A stretch of 63,686 nucleotides of DNA, the filler included. It is 8 parts of 8 records of this genome, joined end to end, with 100 filler letters (N's around TTAATTAATTAA, not from the genome) between each part and the next. Parts side by side here need not be neighbours in the genome. Positions count along the whole stretch, not along the records: positions 18,726 to 35,400 come from SRR20825010_6603; 7 more parts are not named here. One strand, given 5' to 3'. Position 1 is the stretch's first letter; each line of letters starts with the position of its first letter. This document shows positions 20,241-30,671 of this stretch, piece by piece. The position numbers were made by a program, and so were the translations under genes. A model generated the notes under the pieces. That model did no database searches and was not told where the DNA came from. It saw nothing but the letters and a program-made list of their open reading frames with translations.

Positions 20241-21375
20241 TTAACAAGGATTTATAAAAGGTGACGTTTCTCGATACATTGGAAACATTGAAAACAGAGT
20301 TCACTTTTTCGTAGGCTTTTACCCCAATTTCTTGAAACTGGTCTTTCGCCTCAAATGCAGTAATTATCGAATTCTCAATACTTGAAACATCCAGAGGATT
20401 GCACAGAAAACCATTCAATCCATGCGTGATTGTTTCAGGTCCTGGCCCCTTGTCTGTGAAGATCACCACCTTGCCCATGGCCATAGCTTCAGGAGCGACT
20501 AGCCCTTGAGTTTCCATAAAGGATGGAAAAATACAGATAGCTGCTTTTCCATAAACCTGAGGAATTTGATCATGGGTAACAGGTGGGTGTATGTTTATTT
20601 GATTTTTAAGATTGGAAGGAATTCTAGCTTGGATATAGTCTGTATAAGAATCTCCGTTTGGGAAGAACCATTCCTTGCCATAAATATCTAAGGTAGCTTC
20701 TGGGAATTTCAGGGAAACTTTAGCCATAGCGTCTATCAAATTCCCTACTCCTTTTTTCTCACAGATAGTACCTGCAAAAACAAGTGAAAAGTCCTTTGCT
20801 TCAGGATATGATTCTTTGTAGGCAAAGCGTTTTTGATCAATCATGTATCGGATTGTCGCGAGAGGTTTTCCTTGATAGGAAAGGTACTTCGCGGTATGTT
20901 CTCTTACATAATCAGAAACCGCTATAAAGGCATCTGCTTTTTTAAATGATCTTTTCTCTTGAAAACCTTTCCAGCGGTTGATACCGCGATTTTCGGATTC
21001 AGAGAAAAAGTGATGCCCCCCATGCAGACGTACCACATACTTGACATTAGGCAGCTTTTGAAGAAATGCCAACCCTAATTCCGAACTCTCCACAATATCC
21101 AAGGGATGAGAAGAATTGATATCCTTAAGGTAAGCATTCAATTTCCTTGCGATAAGCCACCAATTCACTCCTGGCAGGGAAGGCTTGGCAAATCTAATAA
21201 CTCTCAAATTTCCCTGGGTTTCATCCTCAGTTCTATTGGAATCATTTGCCCCAAGCACAGTTACTCGATGCCCCGCTTCGGTAAGTACATTACAGAAAGT
21301 GTATAAAAACACTCCTACCCCACCTGGATTAAGTCCAGCCTTTGGGTATTCATGTGAAAGAAAACAAATGTGCAT
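20233..21375 (-). CDS. Glycosyltransferase family 4
   Basis: EYP...GGVG, FAGTICEKKG, ETQGLVAPEAMAMG. Confidence 0.92.
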   Translation of the reverse strand: MHICFLSHEYPKAGLNPGGVGVFLYTFCNVLTEAGHRVTVLGANDSNRTEDETQGNLRVIRFAKPSLPGVNWWLIARKLNAYLKDINSSHPLDIVESSELGLAFLQKLPNVKYVVRLHGGHHFFSESENRGINRWKGFQEKRSFKKADAFIAVSDYVREHTAKYLSYQGKPLATIRYMIDQKRFAYKESYPEAKDFSLVFAGTICEKKGVGNLIDAMAKVSLKFPEATLDIYGKEWFFPNGDSYTDYIQARIPSNLKNQINIHPPVTHDQIPQVYGKAAICIFPSFMETQGLVAPEAMAMGKVVIFTDKGPGPETITHGLNGFLCNPLDVSSIENSIITAFEAKDQFQEIGVKAYEKVNSVFNVSNVSRNVTFYKSLLNG

Positions 21376-21380
21376 TTTAA

Positions 21381-22763
21381 TTACTTACTGGTAGAAATCA
21401 GGAAATCGACTATTCGACTGGAAGAAGAGCTTTGTTGATCTTGGTAAACAATTCTATCTCTCCATACTAATCGATCTTTTGCTATTTCCGATGGTGTATC
21501 GATAGCTTTTCTAATGGTTGATAAAATCTCCGCAGGTGAATTTATCCAGCCTACCGCATCCAAGTCTGCGAAGGTACGGAAGTGTTGGAACTGATAAACT
21601 CTTTTGATAGACCAGGGATGATCAGGGGCTACTTCATAGTTGACATACACGCCTGGTTTATCAAATTGAGAGAAATCAAGTGCCATAGTGGAGCCTACAT
21701 TCAATACTACATCTGCATGATAGGCAAGATTAACCAAGACGGCGATATCTTCAGGATAAGGGAAAAACTTATTCCAGAATTCACCCTTTTTCCACTTTGG
21801 AACAAGCGTTTTTATAAATGGAAATTTATCTAAAACTGACTGGTATCGCTCAAAGCCTTCTACGGGTACAGGTCTAAATAGAACTTCAATGTCTTGTTGA
21901 TTTTGCAAAGCCTCCCCTATATCATTCAGGTAAATAGGGTCGTGTGGGGAGGTTAAAGAATCATCGCCCGAATAGCAAATCCATCGTTTTAGGGGATCAA
22001 GGCCATTTTCTTCCGCAAATTCAATTCTTGATTTGATCAGCTCTTGATTCGAATAAAAATCAAACTGGGGAGTACCAACGATTTGAATATCCTCTTTTTT
22101 AATGTCTGGAAAATACTTCAACAACTCCTTCTCCATGTATTCGGACCAAACCAAATAATTGGTAGCTCTCATTGGCAGCCGTCCTTTAGGAAGATTATCC
22201 CAAGAAAAAATCACTGCGACTGTTCTGATGCCCAAATCCTGAGCTGCCAGCATGGCAACACCCGCATTGGGTTCTCGCTGATGCGTACATAACAACACAT
22301 CAGGATTTATTCTTTTCAGATCATCCCTGTATTTACGGTAAGCAGCTGATTTACTTTGCTGATGTTGAATAATGGTATCAACCTTTGTGATTTTATCCAA
22401 ATCTGTAAAGGTGCTACCAAATATTTCCGCGAAATAATTAGACACTTTTCCCTTAAAATTCTTCTTAGGCAACCAGTTGTCCAAAATAGTAGGGTTTCCC
22501 TCCATTTTGGCATTCACTTTTAATCGGGCGTAGCCGATGCAGTCTCTTAAGAACCTCGGTAAGGGATCTTCTTTATAAAATTGGAACACGTAATTCTCAA
22601 AATTCACTTGAGGGTTTAGGCGCTCTGCTTCCTTCATAACTGCAGGATCCAAAGAATGCCAAACAGCAACATCAACATTGGACTCCTGAAGTAAGGGGAT
22701 AATATCAGAATATAAATAATTCCTGATACCTATACCATCAGGAATCAATAAACAGACTTTCAT
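21381..22763 (-). CDS. GT-B fold glycosyltransferase (SWDNL motif type)
   Basis: FSWDNLPKGR, LVWS, VGTPQFDFY, FRPVP, GSTMALDF. Start reassigned to 22763 (MKVCLLIPDG). Confidence 0.75.
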   Translation of the reverse strand: MKVCLLIPDGIGIRNYLYSDIIPLLQESNVDVAVWHSLDPAVMKEAERLNPQVNFENYVFQFYKEDPLPRFLRDCIGYARLKVNAKMEGNPTILDNWLPKKNFKGKVSNYFAEIFGSTFTDLDKITKVDTIIQHQQSKSAAYRKYRDDLKRINPDVLLCTHQREPNAGVAMLAAQDLGIRTVAVIFSWDNLPKGRLPMRATNYLVWSEYMEKELLKYFPDIKKEDIQIVGTPQFDFYSNQELIKSRIEFAEENGLDPLKRWICYSGDDSLTSPHDPIYLNDIGEALQNQQDIEVLFRPVPVEGFERYQSVLDKFPFIKTLVPKWKKGEFWNKFFPYPEDIAVLVNLAYHADVVLNVGSTMALDFSQFDKPGVYVNYEVAPDHPWSIKRVYQFQHFRTFADLDAVGWINSPAEILSTIRKAIDTPSEIAKDRLVWRDRIVYQDQQSSSSSRIVDFLISTSK

Positions 22764-22776
22764 TGGTCGGAGAGAA

Positions 22777-23442
22777 TTAATGTTTTTGAATTTGAGATAA
22801 AATAGGGTGAAGAGTTTTGTGTTCTTCAAGATCAACAAAAAATAGAGGCTTCAACAAGGCAAGTTCTTCGTCTGATTTATCCCACCATTTTAGGTTTTGT
22901 AATTCTTCAATAAGGGAATCCGAAAAACGCTTTCGGATAAGTTTAGCGGGGTTACCAGCGACTATGGAGTAGGCAGCTACGTCTTTGGTCACGATAGATC
23001 CAGCGGCTAAGATGGCTCCGTCTCCAACAGTGACACCTGCCAATACCACAACTCCGTGTCCTATCCAGACATCATTGCCTATTTCTATTGGCTTTTCGGT
23101 TTTGAGTGATTTGAGTTCACCGTTAAACAGCTGATTATTGATATAAGTGGTTAAGTAACTTATGGGGTGATTGGTAGGGTGAAATGCCAAGTCACGTCCG
23201 AGTTGGCAATACTTACCAATTGTCACTTTCCCTCCAAAAAAATTATTTGTCCCTAGCGTAGTTCTGTAACCGATGAATGTAGTATCTGAAAAAGCACAAT
23301 TTTCAGGCACGGTATTGTTTCCTCCGAAGTTTACGTGGTGCACTCCAGTGGCCCACAAAGACACTTTAACCCCATCCTTATAGGTGAGGTATGGTCTAAT
23401 CCAATATTGTACTTTCTGAAAAAGTCTACTTTTAAAACTCAT
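22777..23442 (-). CDS. Hexapeptide-repeat O-acetyltransferase (CatB/Vat-related)
   Basis: IGNDVWIGHG, VGDGAILAAGSIVTKDV, VAGNPAKLIRKRF, KWWD. Confidence 0.9.
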   Translation of the reverse strand: MSFKSRLFQKVQYWIRPYLTYKDGVKVSLWATGVHHVNFGGNNTVPENCAFSDTTFIGYRTTLGTNNFFGGKVTIGKYCQLGRDLAFHPTNHPISYLTTYINNQLFNGELKSLKTEKPIEIGNDVWIGHGVVVLAGVTVGDGAILAAGSIVTKDVAAYSIVAGNPAKLIRKRFSDSLIEELQNLKWWDKSDEELALLKPLFFVDLEEHKTLHPILSQIQKH

Positions 23443-23445
23443 GTT

Positions 23446-24453
23446 CTAATACGGTTCATTGACACCCAAATAGCTAAAATATTGCTTTCTGAATTTGTTG
23501 AACAATAACCTGGTTAAAAACTTACCTATTTTATACTGAGTTTTAGAAAATGCTTGGGCTTCAGGAATCTCCAAAGAGGCAGATGCTGGTGAACTATTGA
23601 TAATTTGCTGCAACTTTTCTTCCATCCATGGCTGAGGACTATTGCCTAGGTGGTATGCATAGTTGCCCAGTGTAGCCAACCTCAAGAAGCCAGCTAAGTC
23701 ATTAGGCTCATCCACATAATCTTCATCGCTATTTCCTAGAATTCGAAATTCACAGACTTTAGTAGGAGCTGCCTCGAAAGCCTCCTTTCTTAATGTCGCA
23801 ACAAAGTGTCCACAGCCTACCACCGCTTCATTTATCCCATTGGAGACAACGAGGTATTTTTCTAAATGTATTTTCTGATACAAATTTGAACCAACACTCT
23901 TTTGAAAGTTTATCAAACCTTCAGGATCCTGTACATTCCGAAATTTGATCTTACCCTTGAAAAGTCCATAGTACATCGTAGATGCTGTACTGTACAAAAA
24001 CCCTTTACTGCTAGGCACAGGGGAAACCATACCTGCTTCAGGGAAATCAACAAATACCTGCTCCACCTGATTCTGCCAATCAGGCAAGAACATGACGTCA
24101 GCATCAGAAATGGTAATGAGAGGCTCTAAATTGCTCTTAACTATAGAATATATCGCATTGATTTTACCTAGGTTTTCACGGGTATAAAAGACCTGATCAA
24201 TAAGCTGATTTGATTTCTGGTAGTCATAAATCAACTGAGTAACCTCTTCACAGCAACCATTGATAATAATTGAAATTCGAGTGTCAGCATGGACTGTGTT
24301 CAATAAAGACTCTATGCAATACTTGAATATTGTCTTAGCATCCTTAAAATAGTCCGACTTAAGTTCTGGTATATAAACTGAGAGAATAACTCTATGCGTA
24401 GAAGAGATCTCCATTTTATGATCGGCCTTAGAAGGATTGGTCCCTTTTCTCAT
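23446..24453 (-). CDS. Glycosyltransferase family 2 (GT-A)
   Basis: ENLGKINA, ITISDADV (DXD). Confidence 0.8.
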   Translation of the reverse strand: MRKGTNPSKADHKMEISSTHRVILSVYIPELKSDYFKDAKTIFKYCIESLLNTVHADTRISIIINGCCEEVTQLIYDYQKSNQLIDQVFYTRENLGKINAIYSIVKSNLEPLITISDADVMFLPDWQNQVEQVFVDFPEAGMVSPVPSSKGFLYSTASTMYYGLFKGKIKFRNVQDPEGLINFQKSVGSNLYQKIHLEKYLVVSNGINEAVVGCGHFVATLRKEAFEAAPTKVCEFRILGNSDEDYVDEPNDLAGFLRLATLGNYAYHLGNSPQPWMEEKLQQIINSSPASASLEIPEAQAFSKTQYKIGKFLTRLLFNKFRKQYFSYLGVNEPY

Positions 24454-24460
24454 TAAATTC

Positions 24461-25558
24461 CTAATTAAGAGTTACCTCTGCGATTTTATGAGAAATTGAT
24501 TCATTGGAATAACTTTCAATGTATCGATTCCTCAATTTTGTCCTTATTTCTGAAATTGTTTCCTTCTCTGTATTGACTAGTGATTCGATGGCAATTTCGA
24601 GCGTATTAGTAGTATCTACAAGCAGCCGTTCATCAGCCAATCTTCCAGCCATGGCACCTATGCGCTTTGAAAGGATAATTTTCCCTGCAGCCATAGCTTC
24701 TACACCGGTCATAGGACCAGTTTCTTCAGTAGAGTTTATGATAAGCGCATCAAACTGCGCATACATTTGATGCATTTGCGAAGAAGGATAAAAACCTCTG
24801 ATTTCTACGTTGCACAACTTATGCTCTGCAATGAGTTTTTTATAGTCTGATTCTAATTCCCCTTTACCAAAAATCAATAGCCTAAGCTCTGGAAATTGGG
24901 CGAATTTTAAAATCACCTCTTCTACCTGCTTGACTTCCATAAATAAGCCGATCATAGCAAAAGTAATTACGGAAGAAGTAATTGGGATTTGTAGCAATTT
25001 CTCTTCTTCAATAGCTGTTTGGTCTACAAAATGGGTTGGGATAGCAGGCGAATAGCCAAATAGCAAAGCGGGATCATGAAAAACATATTTCCTAAAGGGT
25101 AAGGAACTCAGTCCTGCATCTCGCTTAAGATTGGTAAAGTCGAATATAGTACCAGTAAATCTTAGTAATACGCTAGTGTCTGAGGGGGATTCAAAAATCA
25201 ACCTTTCCCTGGAGCTATCGGTGATAAAAAGTATGATGTGATCAAATGTATTTGAAAAAGATTCCCACTTCTTAGAGAGGTAAAAATTATCTCTTTGCTT
25301 TTTGAAAGGTTTTGAACCCCAAATCCGTAGAGCTAACTTTCTAACAGGTGATGAAGAGGAAATTGAAGTAAGAATATCTATAGACTCATAAACAGGACTA
25401 GTACCGAAATATGAGTTAGCATTAAACATACTAAAAACACTAACCTCACAGCCTGCACGTTTAAGTGCGTTGGCCCAAACCTTCATTTCTTCCAAGCGCC
25501 CACCTACACCAGCGGCATTCAATGGACCTACAAGAAGAATTTTCTTAGCCTTTATCAA
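24461..25558 (-). CDS. Glycosyltransferase family 4
   Basis: IFGKGEL, EETGPMTGVEAMAAG. Confidence 0.85.
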   Translation of the reverse strand: MIKAKKILLVGPLNAAGVGGRLEEMKVWANALKRAGCEVSVFSMFNANSYFGTSPVYESIDILTSISSSSPVRKLALRIWGSKPFKKQRDNFYLSKKWESFSNTFDHIILFITDSSRERLIFESPSDTSVLLRFTGTIFDFTNLKRDAGLSSLPFRKYVFHDPALLFGYSPAIPTHFVDQTAIEEEKLLQIPITSSVITFAMIGLFMEVKQVEEVILKFAQFPELRLLIFGKGELESDYKKLIAEHKLCNVEIRGFYPSSQMHQMYAQFDALIINSTEETGPMTGVEAMAAGKIILSKRIGAMAGRLADERLLVDTTNTLEIAIESLVNTEKETISEIRTKLRNRYIESYSNESISHKIAEVTLN

Positions 25559-27354
25559 AATTCCTGCAACTGAACCATTCTTCTGAAGTTGACATCAGAA
25601 CTAAATAACTGTTCGAAGTCACCTGAAGATTTGATTCTACCTTTATCTATAAGGTATATTTTGTCTACATTTTTGATCGTACTCAATCTGTGAGCAATAA
25701 GTATGATCGTATATTTTCCCTGAAGGGAGTTGATATTTTCTTGTATAATTTTCTCAGAGTCACTGTCCAAAGCAGAGGTTGCCTCATCAAAGACGATGAT
25801 TTCCACTTCTTTATATAGCTCTCTTGCGATAGAAATTCTTTGCTTTTGACCACCACTTGCCTTAACGCCATTATCTCCTAGAATCATCTCCTCCCCTTCT
25901 GGAAGTTCATTTACAAATTCCACCAGATTTGCCATTTCTATGGCTTTCCAGAATTGGGCTAAGTTTGTCGGAGACTTTTCTGCCCAAAAAGTCACATTAT
26001 TAAAGATGGAATCATTAAAGATGACAGGCTCCTGTGTGATATACCCTACCCTAGAACGCAACTCTAGCATATTGACACTAGATCTAGACAAGCCATTAAC
26101 ATGTATTTCTCCACCTACCTGATCAAACAGGCCTACTATAAGGTTCACTAAGGTAGTTTTACCACTACCACTAGGGCCTACAAATGCGATGGTTTCATTC
26201 TTATTGATAGTAAGATCTATATTTGATAAGATTTCGGCTCCATCTTGAAATCCAAAGGCTACGTCTGTCAATACTATGGAATCAAGTTTCCCGAAATCAG
26301 ATGAACCTTTGATTTCTTCTTCACCTTTTTCAAACAGCTCTATAATTTCAGTGGAAGACACTATACCTCCAAATTGTGATATAAAAGTCTGCCAACTGGA
26401 TTGCACGCTGATCACGTAGTTCAATGCACGATAAAAGAACATTAAACTCAAAAGTATACTTGCCAGAGCACCACCGAGCAAATTAACTTGGATTAGTATT
26501 ACCAAGATTACAATGACTAGTACAATAGGCTCTCGAAGACCATTTAACAGAGAATTGTATAAGCCAATTCTTTGTTGAAGATTTTCAATTTCATCTATTT
26601 GATCTATTAGTTTTCTCTTGTATCTCCTAAAGTAAGAAGTTGCTTTCAGGTATTTAAAATGCTGAACTGCCTGAATTAAGAAGGATTGGAAATGGTGTCC
26701 TTTATTAGAAATACTGATAGAGGCAGCTTCAGTTCTCCGAAACAGCATTTTGAAAAAGAGATTTGAAATAAATCCACCTATACTCACCAAGATCGCAAAT
26801 TGCCAATTGGAGAAGAAAGCTAGCCCCATATATACTACCAGGAGAACGGCATATTGTAGGGTATTGAAGTAGCTGATGAAGGATGCAGTAACCTTGTACA
26901 CTTCCGCAGACAGGGTATTTTGGATACGACCGGCATCCATGCCCACAAAATTCTGATAGCTTACATTTTCCAAACCACGCAGCATCTGAAAACGCAGTTT
27001 TTTGACAAAGAATATCTGGAGAGAGACCTTATAGTAACTATCCCAAAATTTGAAAACCCCTTTTGAAATAAACAAAATGGTCATAAATAGTAGAATATTA
27101 CTTATGGACAGACTGAAGCCTATTGAATTCATAAAATCCAATAGGAAATCCATTTGCCCTAATTCAGGATTTGCCTGAGATGATGAATCATCTACCGCCA
27201 CTTGAAATAGTGGGATAAATAAAGCAAGACCAAACCCATCGAGTAGGCCTACCAGCAAGCTAAGAAGAATTAAAACGAATATTTTAAATCTTAAATACGA
27301 GAAAAAGAAAAAGAAGTATTTAAAATTCTTTTGAATAATACCTTTGATATTCAT
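25555..27354 (-). CDS. ABC transporter, fused permease/ATPase (PglK/MsbA-like flippase)
   Basis: N-terminal TM domain; GPSGSGKT, ASGGQKQR, VFDEATSALD, IAHRLSTI. Confidence 0.92.
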   Translation of the reverse strand: MNIKGIIQKNFKYFFFFFSYLRFKIFVLILLSLLVGLLDGFGLALFIPLFQVAVDDSSSQANPELGQMDFLLDFMNSIGFSLSISNILLFMTILFISKGVFKFWDSYYKVSLQIFFVKKLRFQMLRGLENVSYQNFVGMDAGRIQNTLSAEVYKVTASFISYFNTLQYAVLLVVYMGLAFFSNWQFAILVSIGGFISNLFFKMLFRRTEAASISISNKGHHFQSFLIQAVQHFKYLKATSYFRRYKRKLIDQIDEIENLQQRIGLYNSLLNGLREPIVLVIVILVILIQVNLLGGALASILLSLMFFYRALNYVISVQSSWQTFISQFGGIVSSTEIIELFEKGEEEIKGSSDFGKLDSIVLTDVAFGFQDGAEILSNIDLTINKNETIAFVGPSGSGKTTLVNLIVGLFDQVGGEIHVNGLSRSSVNMLELRSRVGYITQEPVIFNDSIFNNVTFWAEKSPTNLAQFWKAIEMANLVEFVNELPEGEEMILGDNGVKASGGQKQRISIARELYKEVEIIVFDEATSALDSDSEKIIQENINSLQGKYTIILIAHRLSTIKNVDKIYLIDKGRIKSSGDFEQLFSSDVNFRRMVQLQEF

Positions 27355-27371
27355 TAATAAGGTTGAGCTAT

Positions 27372-27406
27372 AAAAAAAGAAGGGTTTGAAATCCCAACCC
27401 TTCTTT
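27372..27406 (-). terminator. Intrinsic terminator inside the EPS cluster (after wzc)
   Basis: 11-bp stem AAAGAAGGGTT/AACCCTTCTTT ending in a T7 run on the minus strand. Confidence 0.75.
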
Positions 27407-27414
27407 CAATAATT

Positions 27415-29784
27415 TTATTTTGACTTTTTATCATCTTCGTAGTAGCCATATCCATAGCCATACGAGTAACCATAGCCATAGGCAACTTTCTTAGAATCGG
27501 CCACGCCATTGAATATGCCAAATATATTCTTAACTCCTTTATTGGTCTTGAGTCCGTTAACAGCATCAATAAATGTTCTCTGACTGTAATTCTGTCTAAA
27601 TACAAACAAGCTACAATCTACAAGGGTAAGTAAATCCAAGGTTTCACTCACCAAGCCCACTGGAGGAGTATCCAGAACGACTACATCATAAGTTGCCTTC
27701 AAGTGATTTAGGAGTACCTCAAACCTTGAATCAAACAATAATTCAGCAGGGTTTGGAGGAGTAGGTCCAGCTACTATCACATCGAGATTATTGTATTTGG
27801 TATTGGAGATGATTTTGCTATAATCTTCCAATTGACCACTCAAGAAGGTGGAAAGACCTACATCGTTTGTCAGGTCAAAATTGCTGAAGATTTTAGGTTT
27901 TCTCATATCACAACCTACTAGTACTGTCTTTTTACCAGTAAGGCTATAAGCAGCAGCCAAGTTCATTGCGCAGAAGGTTTTACCTTCACCTGAAATTGTA
28001 GAAGTTACCAAAAATGTAAGTTGTTTATCCTTAGGCAGGATAAATTTCATGTTCGCTCTCAATGATCTGAAGGATTCGGAAATACCGGATTTTTTCTGAT
28101 CGAACACTACCAGATTACTTAGGTTTTTCTTGTTCAAAAGAACTGTACCCAAAAGAGGAATTTTAAGCTTATTCTCCAGGAAGTGAACGTCTTCAATTTT
28201 GGTTCTGAAGAGCTCTCTTATTACTACGAATGCTACAGGTAAGAATAGACCTATTAAGAAAGCAATCAAATAATTTTTAAGAGGAGTAGGACTAATTTGG
28301 TATCCACCTTTTGCAGGTTCAACAATTTTATTGTTGGCCTCATTTGAAGCTTTTGATATAGCTGCTTCAGCTCTTCTCTCCATTAAGTAATTATAGATAT
28401 TCTCACTTAGGGTAAACTCACGCTGAATTCTAATTAAATTCTGCTCAGTTTTAGGAAGATTTGCAAATGACTTATCAATTTCAGCAATTCTAGCTTTCAA
28501 GTCACGAATAAGCGCTATAGAGTTAAGATCTACATTGGAAAGATTCTCACGTATGGACTTATTAAGATCAGCTATTTTTCTGTTGGCTTCTATTACTGCT
28601 GGTGAAGCTTCGGTCTGGCTAGCAAGCATTCTAGATTTTTCAGATTGAAATTCTAGTAAGTTTTTGATCAAACCATTCAAAAAAGGATCTTCTATACCTA
28701 GACCAGAAGGCACAATTACATCCTGGTAATTTTCGTTTGCCAGGTAGTCTTTTAGGCTTTGATAATATGTTCTTTTAAATTCCTCTTGAGCCAACTGATT
28801 TTCATATTCGATCAATCGTTCATATACAGAAGAGCTCTCAGAACTTAGGCTATATATTTTATTGGATGACTTGAAATTCTCTAATTGATTTTCAAAGTAT
28901 CTCAATGAATCTGCAACACCAGCAACTTGTGAATCAATGAAATTGACGGTTTTACTTGCAGATTGATTCTTTTGATCCAACTCCATTTCCAGGAATATCT
29001 TCATCAAGGTATTGAGATATACCTCACCTTTCTGCAAGTTGGGGCTAGTGACAGACATCAACATGATGGATGCGCCTCTCTCAACCGGTTCGATACTTAA
29101 TGATCCAGAGTAAGTGCTTGCTAAAGAATTAAGATCTCTCAGTTTGATTAGAATACTTCCGGACTTTTCAGAGGAAACCTTTAATACTTTTATGTCTAAC
29201 TCATTGTTTTTGAGTTGCTCGTTAAATTTGAATTTTACTGGCTGTGGATTAAACTCAAAAGCAACCTTACTTCCATCTGGAAGTAATTTGTTATAAGCTT
29301 CATCCACATAGGAAAGAGTATAGTCGGTTTCATTTTCCCATTCAATTTTCAAATACCCATCGATCGTTTGTGGACTTTTCCAATTGACTTCAATAATGAC
29401 AGGCTTGCTTTGGTAGATTTCTGAATCCACAAAGGTTCCTTCATTGAAATACTCCACCTGAAAATCGAGTTCCTTAAGCACTTCAAGTGCCACCGGCTTT
29501 GATTTCAGGATGATGGTTTCATTTTGAAGCCCCATACTTGAGCTTTCTATAATAGAAGGGGAACCAAAGAAGGCAAGAGGGCTTTCCTTTTCTTTAATGA
29601 AAAACATGGACTCCACCTTAAAAAGCGGAGGAGACATTTTGGTATATAAAAACCCTAAGGCTAAACAAACAATAATGGAAATTAAGATAATTAACCACCT
29701 CTGCTTGAGCTTGTTAAAAATAGCATTCAGTTCAAAGCCTGAATCTTCGACTACAAAGTCATTTTCGTTACTTTCAAAATTCAT
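27415..29784 (-). CDS. wzc: Polysaccharide co-polymerase / tyrosine autokinase
   Basis: Two TMs, coiled coil, SGEGKT, DMRKP, DTPP, C-terminal YGYGYSYGYGYGYY cluster. Confidence 0.95.
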   Translation of the reverse strand: MNFESNENDFVVEDSGFELNAIFNKLKQRWLIILISIIVCLALGFLYTKMSPPLFKVESMFFIKEKESPLAFFGSPSIIESSSMGLQNETIILKSKPVALEVLKELDFQVEYFNEGTFVDSEIYQSKPVIIEVNWKSPQTIDGYLKIEWENETDYTLSYVDEAYNKLLPDGSKVAFEFNPQPVKFKFNEQLKNNELDIKVLKVSSEKSGSILIKLRDLNSLASTYSGSLSIEPVERGASIMLMSVTSPNLQKGEVYLNTLMKIFLEMELDQKNQSASKTVNFIDSQVAGVADSLRYFENQLENFKSSNKIYSLSSESSSVYERLIEYENQLAQEEFKRTYYQSLKDYLANENYQDVIVPSGLGIEDPFLNGLIKNLLEFQSEKSRMLASQTEASPAVIEANRKIADLNKSIRENLSNVDLNSIALIRDLKARIAEIDKSFANLPKTEQNLIRIQREFTLSENIYNYLMERRAEAAISKASNEANNKIVEPAKGGYQISPTPLKNYLIAFLIGLFLPVAFVVIRELFRTKIEDVHFLENKLKIPLLGTVLLNKKNLSNLVVFDQKKSGISESFRSLRANMKFILPKDKQLTFLVTSTISGEGKTFCAMNLAAAYSLTGKKTVLVGCDMRKPKIFSNFDLTNDVGLSTFLSGQLEDYSKIISNTKYNNLDVIVAGPTPPNPAELLFDSRFEVLLNHLKATYDVVVLDTPPVGLVSETLDLLTLVDCSLFVFRQNYSQRTFIDAVNGLKTNKGVKNIFGIFNGVADSKKVAYGYGYSYGYGYGYYEDDKKSK

Positions 29785-29796
29785 AATGAGTAGAAA

Positions 29797-30612
29797 TTAT
29801 CTGACAATAGTCAAAATAAGGGCGATCGTGGATACTGTTGAGGTAATTAAGGCTAAAGTCTGGATGAAGTTTGTACCAGCTCCCAACTCTCTAACTTTAA
29901 GTGGTTCTGCATACAAGACATCATTAGTCTTTAAAAAGTAAAATTCTGAGCCTAATAGATTTCTATCGTTCAGGTTGATTTTGTGGATCTGACTACCGTC
30001 TGGGTACTGACGAAGTAAAATGATCTCATCACGCTTTGCAATGGTAGTCAAGTCACCTGCAGCAGCAAGGGCTTCGAAAATTGTAACTCTACTTTGTAAA
30101 ATTGTTTGCTTGCCTGGCGCATTAAATTCGCCAAGAGCACTAAATCTAATACCACCCAATCTTATTCTGACAAAAAACCCGTCATCAGGTACATAGACCT
30201 GTACCTTCTTTTCAATCAAAGTCTTAGCCTCTTCTGTAGTCAATCCTAAAAGTTTCATCTCGCCCAATAAAGGGAGTTCAACTATACCTTCTTCATTCAA
30301 TGTGTAGCCGTTCATGAAGAATACATCTCCCCCATTCTGACTCATATTCATGGATGTGCTTCCAGCTTCACCAGATATAATGCTAAAGATCTCATTAAGC
30401 TCTGGGCTAGTAGTTTTGATATTAATTTCAACTATATCATAGCTCTGAAATCTATATTTCTGTTCATTATACGCGTACTTCTCGCTTGAATAAACGTTGA
30501 CAGTACTATTTTCTAGCTCTTGCATGTAAACAAGTTTTTTGTTTGACACACATGAAGAAAACATGAATATTATAACAAAAAATTGAAGGATTCTCATTGA
30601 ATTCATGAACAT
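29797..30612 (-). CDS. wza: Polysaccharide export lipoprotein
   Basis: Lipobox FSSC, G.VELPLLG, GEFNAPG, TIFEALAAAGDL; directly upstream of wzc. Confidence 0.92.
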   Translation of the reverse strand: MFMNSMRILQFFVIIFMFSSCVSNKKLVYMQELENSTVNVYSSEKYAYNEQKYRFQSYDIVEINIKTTSPELNEIFSIISGEAGSTSMNMSQNGGDVFFMNGYTLNEEGIVELPLLGEMKLLGLTTEEAKTLIEKKVQVYVPDDGFFVRIRLGGIRFSALGEFNAPGKQTILQSRVTIFEALAAAGDLTTIAKRDEIILLRQYPDGSQIHKINLNDRNLLGSEFYFLKTNDVLYAEPLKVRELGAGTNFIQTLALITSTVSTIALILTIVR

Positions 30613-30671
30613 GGGTTGTTTAAAATTTCGGCTAAATTAGTATAAATTTTTATCAATATATTTTTGAGCAA

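Noticed and set aside
22777-23442. CatB/Vat-like protein as an antibiotic-resistance gene
   Set aside because: Embedded among glycosyltransferases; sugar O-acetylation is the simpler explanation.
27436-27482. Short tandem TAGCCA-type repeats
   Set aside because: Coding consequence of the Wzc YG tyrosine cluster.
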